Assembly (NCBI GenBank): GCA_964016885.1
Contig: OZ024743.1
Coordinates: 136,462,001-136,526,000, forward strand
From: Eledone cirrhosa
Taxonomy: Eukaryota
Direction of reading: 5' to 3'
DNA length: 64,000 bases
How positions within the stretch are numbered: the first letter of the stretch is position 1; every line of letters begins with the position of its first letter. Position numbers and translations under genes: made by a program. The notes beneath the pieces were generated by a model that was given only the letters and a program-made list of their open reading frames with translations, searched no databases and had not been told where the DNA came from. Of the stretch, positions 22,590-34,750 are shown in pieces.

Positions 22590-25500
22590 TGGTGCTTGCT
22601 GCTTGGTGCTTGGTGTTTGGTGCTTGGTGCTTGGTGATTAGTGTTTGGTGATTGGTGCTTGGGGTTTGGTGTTTGGGGCTTGGTGTTTGGTGGTTAGTGC
22701 TTGCTATTTGGTGTTTGGTGTTTGGTTCTTGGTGCTTGGTGGCTGGTGTTTGGTGCTTGGTGCTTGTTGTTTGGTGTTTGGTGTTTGGTGCTTGGTGCTT
22801 GGTGGCTGGTGTTTGGTGCTTGGTGTTTGGAGTTTGGTGCTTGGTGCTTGGTGCCTGGTGTTTCGTGCTTGGTGCTTGGTGTTTGGTGTTTGATGCTGCG
22901 TGCTTGGTGTTTGGTGTTTGGTGCTTGGTGCTTGGTATTTGGTCTTTGGAGCTCGGTGCCTGGTGCTTGTTGTTTGGTGTTTGGCGCTTGGTGCTTGGTG
23001 TTTGGTGTTTGGTGCTTGGTGCTTGGTGCTTGGTATCTGGTGCTTGGTGCTTGATGTTTGGTGTTTGGTGCTTGGTGTTTGGTGTTTGGTGCTTGGTGCT
23101 TGGTGTTTGGTGCTTGGTGTTTGGTGTTTGGTGTTTGATGCTTGGTGTTTGCTGCTTGGTGCTTGGTGCTTGGTGTTTTGTGTTTGGTGATTGGTGCTTG
23201 GTGCCTGGTGCTTGGTGCTTGGTGCTTGTTGTTTGGTGTTTGGTGCTTGGTGATTAGTGTTTGGTGCTTGGTGCTTGCGGTTTGGTGTTTGGTGCTTGGG
23301 GTTTGGTGCTTGGTGCTTGGTGCTTGGTGTTTGGTGCTTGGTGCTTGGTGTTTGGTGCTTGGTGCTTGGTGTTTGGTGTTTGGCGTTTGCTGTTTGCTGT
23401 TTGGTGTTTGGTGCTTGCTGTTTGGTGCTTGGTGCTTGGTGTTTGGTGTTTGGTGTTTTGTGCTTGGTGCTTGGTGTTTGGTGCTTGGTGCTTGGTGCTG
23501 GGTGTTTGGTGCTTGGTGCTTGGTGTTTGGTGCTTGGTGCTTGGTGCCTGGTGTTTGGTCCTTGGTGCTTGGTGCTTGGTCTTTGGTGCTTGGGTTTTGG
23601 TGTTTGGTGCTTGGTGCTTGGTGTTTGGTGCTTGGTTCTTGGTGCTTGGTGCTTGGTCTTTAGTGATTGCTGCTTGGTGCTTGGTGTTTGGTGCTTGGTG
23701 CTTGGTGATTAGTGTTTGGTGATTGGTGCTTGGGATTTGCTGTTTGGTGCTTGGTGTTTGGTGCTTGGTTCTTGATGTTTGTGTTTGGTGTTTGGTTCTT
23801 GGTGCTTGGTGTTTGGTGTTTGGTGTCTGGTGCTTGGTGCTTGGTGCCTGGTGTTTGGTGCTTGGTGCTTGGTGCTTGGTGTTTGGTGCTGTGTGCTTGG
23901 TGTTTGGTGCTTGGTGCTTGGTGATTAGTGTTTGGTGCTTTGTGTTTGGTGCTTGGTGTTTGGTGCTTGGTGCTTGGTGCTTGGTGCTTGGTGTTAGGTG
24001 TTTGGTGCTTGGTGATTGGTGTTTGATGTTAGGTTCTTGGTGCTTGGTGTTTGGTGTTTGGTGCTTGGAGCTTGGTGTTTGGTGTTTGGTGCTTGGTGCT
24101 TGGTGCTTGGTGCTTGGTGTTAGGTGTTTGGTGCTTGGTGCTTGGTGTTTGGTGCTTGGTGCTTTGTGTTTGGTGCTTGGTGTTTGGTGCTTGGTGCTTG
24201 GTGCTTGGTGCTTGGTGTTAGGTGTTTGGTGCTTGGTGATTGGTGTTTGATGTTAGGTTCTTGGTGCTTGGTGTTTGGTGTTTGGTGCTTGGTGCTTGGT
24301 GTTTGGTGCTTGGTGCTTGGTGCTTGGTGCTTGGTGCTTGGTGTTAGGTGTTTGGTGCTTGGTGATGGGTGCTTGGTGTTTGGTCCTTGGTGCTTGGTGC
24401 ATGGTCTTTGGTGCTTGGGTTTTGGTGTTTGGTGCTTGGTGCTTGGTGTTTGGTGCTTGGTGCTTGGTGCTTGGTGCTTGGTGTTTGGTGATTGCTGCTT
24501 GGTGCTTGGTGTTTGGTGCTTGGAGCTTGGTGATTAGTGTTTGGTGATTGGTGCTTGGGGTTTGGTGTTTGGGGCTTGGTGTTTGGTGCTTAGTGCTTGC
24601 TGTTTGGTGTTTGGTGTTTGGTTCTTGGTGCTTGGTGTTTGGTGCTTGGTGTTTGGTGCTTGGTGCTTGGTGCTTGGTGTTTGGTGCTGCGTGCTTGGTG
24701 TTTGGTGTTTGGTGCTTGGTGCCTGGTGCTTGTTGTTTGGTGTTTGGTGCTTAGTGCTTGGTGTTTGGTGTTTGGTGCTTGGTGCTTGGTGGCTGGTGTT
24801 TGGTGCTTGGTGTTTGGAGTTTGGTGCTTGGTGCTTGGTGCCTGGTGTTTCGTGCTTGGTGCTTGGTGCTTGGTGTTTGGTGATTGGTGCTTGGTGTTTG
24901 GTGTTTGGTGCTTGGTGCTTGGTGCTTGGTGCTTGGTGCTTGGTGTTTGATGCTGCGTGCTTGGTGTTTGGTGTTTGGTGCTTGGTGCTTGGTGTTTGGT
25001 GTTTGGAGCTCGGTGCCTGGTGCTTGTTGTTTGGTGTTTGGCGCTTGGTGCTTGGTGTTTGGTGTTTGGTGCTTGGTGCTTGGTGCTTGGTATCTGGTGT
25101 TTGGTGCTTGATGTTTGGTGTTTGGTGCTTGGTGTTTGGTGTTTGGTGCTTGGTGCTTGGTGTTTGGTGCTTGGTGTTTGGTGTTTGGTGTTTGATGCTT
25201 GGTGTTTGCTGCTTGGTGCTTGGTGCTTGGTGTTTTGTGTTTGGTGATTGGTGCTTGGTGCCTGGTGCTTGGTGCTTGGTGCTTGTTGTTTGGTGCTTGG
25301 TGCTTGGTGATTAGTGTTTGGTGCTTGGTGCTTGCGGTTTGGTGTTTGGTGCTTGGGGTTTGGTGCTTGGTGCTTGGTGCTTGGTGTTTGGTGCTTGGTG
25401 CTTGGTGTTTGGTGCTTGGTGCTTGGTGTTTGGTGTTTGGCGTTTGCTGTTTGGTGTTTGGTGTTTGGTGCTTGCTGTTTGGTGCTTGGTGCTTGGTGTT

Positions 25501-28500
25501 TGGTGTTTGGTGTTTTGTGCTTGGTGCTTGGTGTTTGGTGCTTGGTGCTTGGTGCTGGGTGTTTGGTGCTTGGTGCTTGGTGTTTGGTGCTTGGTGCTTG
25601 GTGCTTGGTGTTTGGTCCTTGGTGCTTGGTGCTTGGTCTTTGGTGCTTGGGTTTTGGTGTTTGGTGCTTGGTGCTTGGTATTTGGTGCTTGGTTCTTGGT
25701 GCTTGGTGCTTGGTGTTTGGTGATTGCTGCTTGGTGCTTGGTGTTTGGTGCTTGGTGCTTGGTGATTAGTGTTTGGTGATTGGTGCTTGGGATTTGCTGT
25801 TTGGTGCTTGGTGTTTGGTGCTTGGTGCTTGATGTTTGGTGTTTGGTGTTTGGTTCTTGGTGCTTGGTGTTTGGTGTTTGGTGTCTGGTGCTTGGTGCTT
25901 GGTGACTGGTGTTTGGTGCTTGGTGCTTGGTGCTTGGTGTTTGGTGCTGCGTGCTTGGTGTTTGGTGCTTGGTGTTTGGTGATTATTGTTTGGTGCTTTG
26001 TGTTTGGTGCTTGGTGTTTGGTGCTTGGTGCTTGGTGCTTGGTGCTTGGTGTTAGGTGTTTGGTGCTTGGTGATTGGTGTTTGATGTTAGGTTCTTGGTG
26101 CTTGGTGTTTGGTGTTTGGTGCTTGGTGCTTGGTGTTTGGTGTTTGGTGCTTGGTGCTTGGTGCTTGGTGCTTGGTGCTTGGTGCTTGGTGCTTGGTGTT
26201 TGGTGCTTGGTTCTTGGTGCTTGGTGCTTGGTGTTTGGTGATTGCTGCTTGGTGCTTGGTGTTTGGTGCTTGGTGCTTGGTGATTAGTGTTTGGTGATTG
26301 GTGCTTGGGATTTGCTGTTTGGTGCTTGGTGTTTGGTGCTTGGTGCTTGATGTTTGGTGTTTGGTGTTTGGTTCTTGGTGCTTGGTGTTTGGTGTTTGGT
26401 GTCTGGTGCTTGGTGCTTGGTGCTTGGTGTTTGGTGCTTGGTGCTTGGTGTTTGGTGCTGCGTGCTTGGTGTTTGGTGCTTGGTGCTTGGTGATTAGTGT
26501 TTGGTGCTTTGTGTTTGGTGCTTGGTGTTAGGTGTTTGGTGCTTGGTGATTGGTGTTTGATGTTAGGTTCTTGGTGCTTGGTGTTTGGTGTTTGGTGCTT
26601 GGTGCTTGGTGTTTGGTGTTTGGTGCTTGGTGCTTGGTGCTTGGTGCTTGGTGTTAGGTGTTTGGTGCTTGGTGCTTGGTGTTTGGTGCTTGGTGCTTTG
26701 TGTTTGGTGCTTGGTGTTTGGTGCTTGGTGCTTGGTGCTTGGTGCTTGGTGTTAGGTGTTTGGTGCTTGGTGATTGGTGTTTGATGTTAGGTTCTTGGTG
26801 CTTGGTGTTTGGTGTTTGGTGCTTGGTGCTTGGTGTTTGGTGCTTGGTGCTTGGTGCTTGGTGCTTGGTGCTTGGTGTTAGGTGTTTGGTGCTTGGTGAT
26901 GGGTGCTTGGTGTTTGGTCCTTGGTGCTTGGTGCATGGTCTTTGGTGCTTGGTTTTTGGTGTTTGGTGCTTGGTGCTTGGTGTTTGGTGCTTGGTGCTTG
27001 GTGCTTGGTGCTTGGTGTTTGGTGATTGCTGCTTGGTGCTTGGTGTTTGGTGCTTGGTGCTTGGTGATTAGTGTTTGGTGATTGGTGCTTGGGGTTTGGT
27101 GTTTGGGGCTTGGTGTTTGGTGCTTAGTGCTTGCTGTTTGGTGTTTGGTGTTTGGTTCTTGGTGCTTGGTGTTTGGTGCTTGGTGTTTGGTGCTTGGTGC
27201 TTGGTGCTTGGTGTTTGGTACTGCGTGCTTGGTGTTTGGTGTTTGGTGCTTGGTGCCTGGTGCTTGTTGTTTGGTGTTTGGTGCTTAGTGCTTGGTGTTT
27301 GGTGTTTGGTGCTTGGTGCTTGGTGCTTGGTGCTTGGTGTTAGGTGTTTGGTGCTTGGTGATTGGTGTTTGATGTTAGGTTCTTGGTGCTTGGTGTTTGG
27401 TGTTTGGTGCTTGGTGCTTGGTGTTTGGTGTTTGGTGCTTGGTGCTTGGTGCTTGGTGCTTGGTGTTAGGTGTTTGGTGCTTGGTGATGGGTGCTTGGTG
27501 TTTGGTCCTTGGTGCTTGGTGCATGGTCTTTGGTGCTTGGGTTTTGGTGTTTGGTGCTTGGTGCTTGGTGCTTGGTGCTTGGTGCTTGGTGCTTGCTGCT
27601 TGGTGCTTGGTGTTTGGTGCTTGGTGCTTGGTGATTAGTGTTTGGTGATTGGTGCTTGGGGTTTGGTGTTTGGGGCTTGGTGTTTGGTGGTTAGTGCTTG
27701 CTATTTGGTGTTTGGTGTTTGGTTCTTGGTGCTTGGTGGCTGGTGTTTGGTGCTTGGTGCTTGTTGTTTGGTGTTTGGTGTTTGGTGCTTGGTGCTTGGT
27801 GGCTGGTGTTTGGTGCTTGGTGTTTGGAGTTTGGTGCTTGGTGCTTGGTGCCTGGTGTTTCGTGCTTGGTGCTTGGTGTTTGGTGTTTGATGCTGCGTGC
27901 TTGGTGTTTGGTGTTTGGTGCTTGGTGCTTGGTATTTGGTCTTTGGAGCTCGGTGCCTGGTGCTTGTTGTTTGGTGTTTGGCGCTTGGTGCTTGGTGTTT
28001 GGTGTTTGGTGCTTGGTGCTTGGTGCTTGGTATCTGGTGCTTGGTGCTTGATGTTTGGTGTTTGGTGCTTGGTGTTTGGTGTTTGGTGCTTGGTGCTTGG
28101 TGTTTGGTGCTTGGTGTTTGGTGTTTGGTGTTTGATGCTTGGTGTTTGCTGCTTGGTGCTTGGTGCTTGGTGTTTTGTGTTTGGTGATTGGTGCTTGGTG
28201 CCTGGTGCTTGGTGCTTGGTGCTTGTTGTTTGGTGCTTGGTGCTTGGTGATTAGTGTTTGGTGCTTGGTGCTTGCGGTTTGGTGTTTGGTGCTTGGGGTT
28301 TGGTGCTTGGTGCTTGGTGCTTGGTGTTTGGTGCTTGGTGCTTGGTGTTTGGTGCTTGGTGCTTGGTGTTTGGTGTTTGGCGTTTGCTGTTTGCTGTTTG
28401 GTGTTTGGTGCTTGCTGTTTGGTGCTTGGTGCTTGGTGTTTGGTGTTTGGTGTTTTGTGCTTGGTGCTTGGTGTTTGGTGCTTGGTGCTTGGTGCTGGGT

Positions 28501-31500
28501 GTTTGGTGCTTGGTGCTTGGTGTTTGGTGCTTGGTGCTTGGTGCTTGGTGTTTGGTCCTTGGTGCTTGGTGCTTGGTCTTTGGTGCTTGGGTTTTGGTGT
28601 TTGGTGCTTGGTGCTTGGTGTTTGGTGCTTGGTTCTTGGTGCTTGGTGCTTGGTCTTTAGTGATTGCTGCTTGGTGCTTGGTGTTTGGTGCTTGGTGCTT
28701 GGTGATTAGTGTTTGGTGATTGGTGCTTGGGATTTGCTGTTTGGTGCTTGGTGTTTGGTGCTTGGTTCTTGATGTTTGTGTTTGGTGTTTGGTTCTTGGT
28801 GCTTGGTGCTTGGTGTTTGGTGCTGCGTGCTTGGTGTTTGGTGCTTGGTGTTTGGTGATTATTGTTTGGTGCTTTGTGTTTGGTGCTTGGTGTTTGGTGC
28901 TTGGTGCTTGGTGCTTGGTGCTTGGTGTTAGGTGTTTGGTGCTTGGTGATTGGTGTTTGATGTTAGGTTCTTGGTGCTTGGTGTTTGGTGTTTGGTGCTT
29001 GGTGCTTGGTGTTTGGTGTTTGGTGCTTGGTGCTTGGTGCTTGGTGCTTGGTGCTTGGTGCTTGGTGCTTGGTGTTTGGTGCTTGGTTCTTGGTGCTTGG
29101 TGCTTGGTGTTTGGTGATTGCTGCTTGGTGCTTGGTGTTTGGTGCTTGGTGCTTGGTGATTAGTGTTTGGTGATTGGTGCTTGGGATTTGCTGTTTGGTG
29201 CTTGGTGTTTGGTGCTTGGTGCTTGATGTTTGGTGTTTGGTGTTTGGTTCTTGGTGCTTGGTGTTTGGTGTTTGGTGTCTGGTGCTTGGTGCTTGGTGCT
29301 TGGTGTTTGGTGCTTGGTGCTTGGTGTTTGGTGCTGCGTGCTTGGTGTTTGGTGCTTGGTGCTTGGTGATTAGTGTTTGGTGCTTTGTGTTTGGTGCTTG
29401 GTGTTAGGTGTTTGGTGCTTGGTGATTGGTGTTTGATGTTAGGTTCTTGGTGCTTGGTGTTTGGTGTTTGGTGCTTGGTGCTTGGTGTTTGGTGTTTGGT
29501 GCTTGGTGCTTGGTGCTTGGTGCTTGGTGTTAGGTGTTTGGTGCTTGGTGCTTGGTGTTTGGTGCTTGGTGCTTTGTGTTTGGTGCTTGGTGTTTGGTGC
29601 TTGGTGCTTGGTGCTTGGTGCTTGGTGTTAGGTGTTTGGTGCTTGGTGATTGGTGTTTGATGTTAGGTTCTTGGTGCTTGGTGTTTGGTGTTTGGTGCTT
29701 GGTGCTTGGTGTTTGGTGCTTGGTGCTTGGTGCTTGGTGCTTGGTGCTTGGTGTTAGGTGTTTGGTGCTTGGTGATGGGTGCTTGGTGTTTGGTCCTTGG
29801 TGCTTGGTGCATGGTCTTTGGTGCTTGGTTTTTGGTGTTTGGTGCTTGGTGCTTGGTGTTTGGTGCTTGGTGCTTGGTGCTTGGTGCTTGGTGTTTGGTG
29901 ATTGCTGCTTGGTGCTTGGTGTTTGGTGCTTGGTGCTTGGTGATTAGTGTTTGGTGATTGGTGCTTGGGGTTTGGTGTTTGGGGCTTGGTGTTTGGTGCT
30001 TAGTGCTTGCTGTTTGGTGTTTGGTGTTTGGTTCTTGGTGCTTGGTGTTTGGTGCTTGGTGTTTGGTGCTTGGTGCTTGGTGCTTGGTGTTTGGTACTGC
30101 GTGCTTGGTGTTTGGTGTTTGGTGCTTGGTGCCTGGTGCTTGTTGTTTGGTGTTTGGTGCTTAGTGCTTGGTGTTTGGTGTTTGGTGCTTGGTGCTTGGT
30201 GCTTGGTGCTTGGTGTTAGGTGTTTGGTGCTTGGTGATTGGTGTTTGATGTTAGGTTCTTGGTGCTTGGTGTTTGGTGTTTGGTGCTTGGTGCTTGGTGT
30301 TTGGTGTTTGGTGCTTGGTGCTTGGTGCTTGGTGCTTGGTGTTAGGTGTTTGGTGCTTGGTGCTTGGTGCTTGCTGCTTGGTGCTTGGTGTTTGGTGCTT
30401 GGTGCTTGGTGATTAGTGTTTGGTGATTGGTGCTTGGGGTTTGGTGTTTGGGGCTTGGTGTTTGGTGGTTAGTGCTTGCTATTTGGTGTTTGGTGTTTGG
30501 TTCTTGGTGCTTGGTGGCTGGTGTTTGGTGCTTGGTGCTTGTTGTTTGGTGTTTGGTGTTTGGTGCTTGGTGCTTGGTGGCTGGTGTTTGGTGCTTGGTG
30601 TTTGGAGTTTGGTGCTTGGTGCTTGGTGCCTGGTGTTTCGTGCTTGGTGCTTGGTGTTTGGTGTTTGATGCTGCGTGCTTGGTGTTTGGTGTTTGGTGCT
30701 TGGTGCTTGGTATTTGGTCTTTGGAGCTCGGTGCCTGGTGCTTGTTGTTTGGTGTTTGGCGCTTGGTGCTTGGTGTTTGGTGTTTGGTGCTTGGTGCTTG
30801 GTGCTTGGTATCTGGTGCTTGGTGCTTGATGTTTGGTGTTTGGTGCTTGGTGTTTGGTGTTTGGTGCTTGGTGCTTGGTGTTTGGTGCTTGGTGTTTGGT
30901 GTTTGGTGTTTGATGCTTGGTGTTTGCTGCTTGGTGCTTGGTGCTTGGTGTTTTGTGTTTGGTGATTGGTGCTTGGTGCCTGGTGCTTGGTGCTTGGTGC
31001 TTGTTGTTTGGTGCTTGGTGCTTGGTGATTAGTGTTTGGTGCTTGGTGCTTGCGGTTTGGTGTTTGGTGCTTGGGGTTTGGTGCTTGGTGCTTGGTGCTT
31101 GGTGTTTGGTGCTTGGTGCTTGGTGTTTGGTGCTTGGTGCTTGGTGTTTGGTGTTTGGCGTTTGCTGTTTGCTGTTTGGTGTTTGGTGCTTGCTGTTTGG
31201 TGCTTGGTGCTTGGTGTTTGGTGTTTGGTGTTTTGTGCTTGGTGCTTGGTGTTTGGTGCTTGGTGCTTGGTGCTGGGTGTTTGGTGCTTGGTGCTTGGTG
31301 TTTGGTGCTTGGTGCTTGGTGCTTGGTGTTTGGTCCTTGGTGCTTGGTGCTTGGTCTTTGGTGCTTGGGTTTTGGTGTTTGGTGCTTGGTGCTTGGTGTT
31401 TGGTGCTTGGTTCTTGGTGCTTGGTGCTTGGTCTTTAGTGATTGCTGCTTGGTGCTTGGTGTTTGGTGCTTGGTGCTTGGTGATTAGTGTTTGGTGATTG

Positions 31501-34500
31501 GTGCTTGGGATTTGCTGTTTGGTGCTTGGTGTTTGGTGCTTGGTTCTTGATGTTTGTGTTTGGTGTTTGGTTCTTGGTGCTTGGTGTTTGGTGTTTGGTG
31601 TCTGGTGCTTGGTGCTTGGTGCCTGGTGTTTGGTGCTTGGTGCTTGGTGCTTGGTGTTTGGTGCTGTGTGCTTGGTGTTTGGTGCTTGGTGCTTGGTGAT
31701 TAGTGTTTGGTGCTTTGTGTTTGGTGCTTGGTGTTTGGTGCTTGGTGCTTGGTGCTTGGTGCTTGGTGTTAGGTGTTTGGTGCTTGGTGATTGGTGTTTG
31801 ATGTTAGGTTCTTGGTGCTTGGTGTTTGGTGTTTGGTGCTTGGTGCTTGGTGTTTGGTGTTTGGTGCTTGGTGCTTGGTGCTTGGTGCTTGGTGTTAGGT
31901 GTTTGGTGCTTGGTGCTTGGTGTTTGGTGCTTGGTGCTTTGTGTTTGGTGCTTGGTGTTTGGTGCTTGGTGCTTGGTGCTTGGTGCTTGGTGTTAGGTGT
32001 TTGGTGCTTGGTGATTGGTGTTTGATGTTAGGTTCTTGGTGCTTGGTGTTTGGTGTTTGGTGCTTGGTGCTTGGTGTTTGGTGCTTGGTGCTTGGTGCTT
32101 GGTGCTTGGTGCTTGGTGTTAGGTGTTTGGTGCTTGGTGATGGGTGCTTGGTGTTTGGTCCTTGGTGCTTGGTGCATGGTCTTTGGTGCTTGGGTTTTGG
32201 TGTTTGGTGCTTGGTGCTTGGTGTTTGGTGCTTGGTGCTTGGTGCTTGGTGCTTGGTGTTTGGTGATTGCTGCTTGGTGCTTGGTGTTTGGTGCTTGGTG
32301 CTTGGTGATTAGTGTTTGGTGATTGGTGCTTGGGGTTTGGTGTTTGGGGCTTGGTGTTTGGTGCTTAGTGCTTGCTGTTTGGTGTTTGGTGTTTGGTTCT
32401 TGGTGCTTGGTGTTTGGTGCTTGGTGTTTGGTGCTTGGTGCTTGGTGCTTGGTGTTTGGTGCTGCGTGCTTGGTGTTTGGTGTTTGGTGCTTGGTGCCTG
32501 GTGCTTGTTGTTTGGTGTTTGGTGCTTAGTGCTTGGTGTTTGGTGTTTGGTGCTTGGTGCTTGGTGGCTGGTGTTTGGTGCTTGGTGTTTGGAGTTTGGT
32601 GCTTGGTGCTTGGTGCCTGGTGTTTCGTGCTTGGTGCTTGGTGCTTGGTGTTTGGTGATTGGTGCTTGGTGTTTGGTGTTTGGTGCTTGGTGCTTGGTGC
32701 TTGGTGCTTGGTGCTTGGTGTTTGATGCTGCGTGCTTGGTGTTTGGTGTTTGGTGCTTGGTGCTTGGTGTTTGGTGTTTGGAGCTCGGTGCCTGGTGCTT
32801 GTTGTTTGGTGTTTGGCGCTTGGTGCTTGGTGTTTGGTGTTTGGTGCTTGGTGCTTGGTGCTTGGTATCTGGTGTTTGGTGCTTGATGTTTGGTGTTTGG
32901 TGCTTGGTGTTTGGTGTTTGGTGCTTGGTGCTTGGTGTTTGGTGCTTGGTGTTTGGTGTTTGGTGTTTGATGCTTGGTGTTTGCTGCTTGGTGCTTGGTG
33001 CTTGGTGTTTTGTGTTTGGTGATTGGTGCTTGGTGCCTGGTGCTTGGTGCTTGGTGCTTGTTGTTTGGTGCTTGGTGCTTGGTGATTAGTGTTTGGTGCT
33101 TGGTGCTTGCGGTTTGGTGTTTGGTGCTTGGGGTTTGGTGCTTGGTGCTTGGTGCTTGGTGTTTGGTGCTTGGTGCTTGGTGTTTGGTGCTTGGTGCTTG
33201 GTGTTTGGTGTTTGGCGTTTGCTGTTTGGTGTTTGGTGTTTGGTGCTTGCTGTTTGGTGCTTGGTGCTTGGTGTTTGGTGTTTGGTGTTTTGTGCTTGGT
33301 GCTTGGTGTTTGGTGCTTGGTGCTTGGTGCTGGGTGTTTGGTGCTTGGTGCTTGGTGTTTGGTGCTTGGTGCTTGGTGCTTGGTTTTTGGTCCTTGGTGC
33401 TTGGTGCTTGGTCTTTGGTGCTTGGGTTTTGGTGTTTGGTGCTTGGTGCTTGGTATTTGGTGCTTGGTTCTTGGTGCTTGGTGCTTGGTGTTTGGTGATT
33501 GCTGCTTGGTGCTTGGTGTTTGGTGCTTGGTGCTTGGTGATTAGTGTTTGGTGATTGGTGCTTGGGATTTGCTGTTTGGTGCTTGGTGTTTGGTGCTTGG
33601 TGCTTGATGTTTGGTGTTTGGTGTTTGGTTCTTGGTGCTTGGTGTTTGGTGTTTGGTGTCTGGTGCTTGGTGCTTGGTGACTGGTGTTTGGTGCTTGGTG
33701 CTTGGTGCTTGGTGTTTGGTGCTGCGTGCTTGGTGTTTGGTGCTTGGTGCTTGGTGATTATTGTTTGGTGCTTTGTGTTTGGTGCTTGGTGTTTGGTGCT
33801 TGGTGCTTGGTGCTTGGTGCTTGGTGTTAGGTGTTTGGTGCTTGGTGATTGGTGTTTGATGTTAGGTTCTTGGTGCTTGGTGTTTGGTGTTTGGTGCTTG
33901 GTGCTTGGTGTTTGGTGTTTGGTGCTTGGTGCTTGGTGCTTGGTGCTTGATGCTTGGTGCTTGGTGTTTGGTGCTTGGTTCTTGGTGCTTGGTGCTTGGT
34001 GTTTGGTGATTGCTGCTTGGTGCTTGGTGTTTGGTGCTTGGTGCTTGGTGATTAGTGTTTGGTGATTGGTGCTTGGGATTTGCTGTTTGGTGCTTGGTGT
34101 TTGGTGCTTGGTGCTTGATGTTTGGTGTTTGGTGTTTGGTTCTTGGTGCTTGGTGTTTGGTGTTTGGTGTCTGGTGCTTGGTGCTTGGTGCTTGGTGTTT
34201 GGTGCTTGGTGCTTGGTGTTTGGTGCTGCGTGCTTGGTGTTTGGTGCTTGGTGCTTGGTGATTAGTGTTTGGTGCTTTGTGTTTGGTGCTTGGTGTTAGG
34301 TGTTTGGTGCTTGGTGATTGGTGTTTGATGTTAGGTTCTTGGTGCTTGGTGTTTGGTGTTTGGTGCTTGGTGCTTGGTGTTTGGTGTTTGGTGCTTGGTG
34401 CTTGGTGCTTGGTGCTTGGTGTTAGGTGTTTGGTGCTTGGTGCTTGGTGTTTGGTGCTTGGTGCTTTGTGTTTGGTGCTTGGTGTTTGGTGCTTGGTGCT

Positions 34501-34750
34501 TGGTGCTTGGTGCTTGGTGTTAGGTGTTTGGTGCTTGGTGATTGGTGTTTGATGTTAGGTTCTTGGTGCTTGGTGTTTGGTGTTTGGTGCTTGGTGCTTG
34601 GTGTTTGGTGCTTGGTGCTTGGTGCTTGGTGCTTGGTGCTTGGTGTTAGGTGTTTGGTGCTTGGTGATGGGTGCTTGGTGTTTGGTCCTTGGTGCTTGGT
34701 GCATGGTCTTTGGTGCTTGGGTTTTGGTGTTTGGTGCTTGGTGCTTGGTG
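22590..34750 (+). repeat. Three related tandem HOR copies: 4997 bp, internally deleted 2778 bp, and a ~4.4 kb third copy
   Basis: Unit starts at 22645/27642/30420 (offsets 4997, 2778). Offset 7775 holds for 23257/31032, 24541/32316 and 25769/33544; offset 2876 holds for 26287/29163 and 27075/29951. Private markers are GGTATTTGGTCTTTGGAGCTC, GGTCTTTAGTGATT and the 1-bp deletion GATGTTTGTGTTTGG. Confidence 0.9.
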
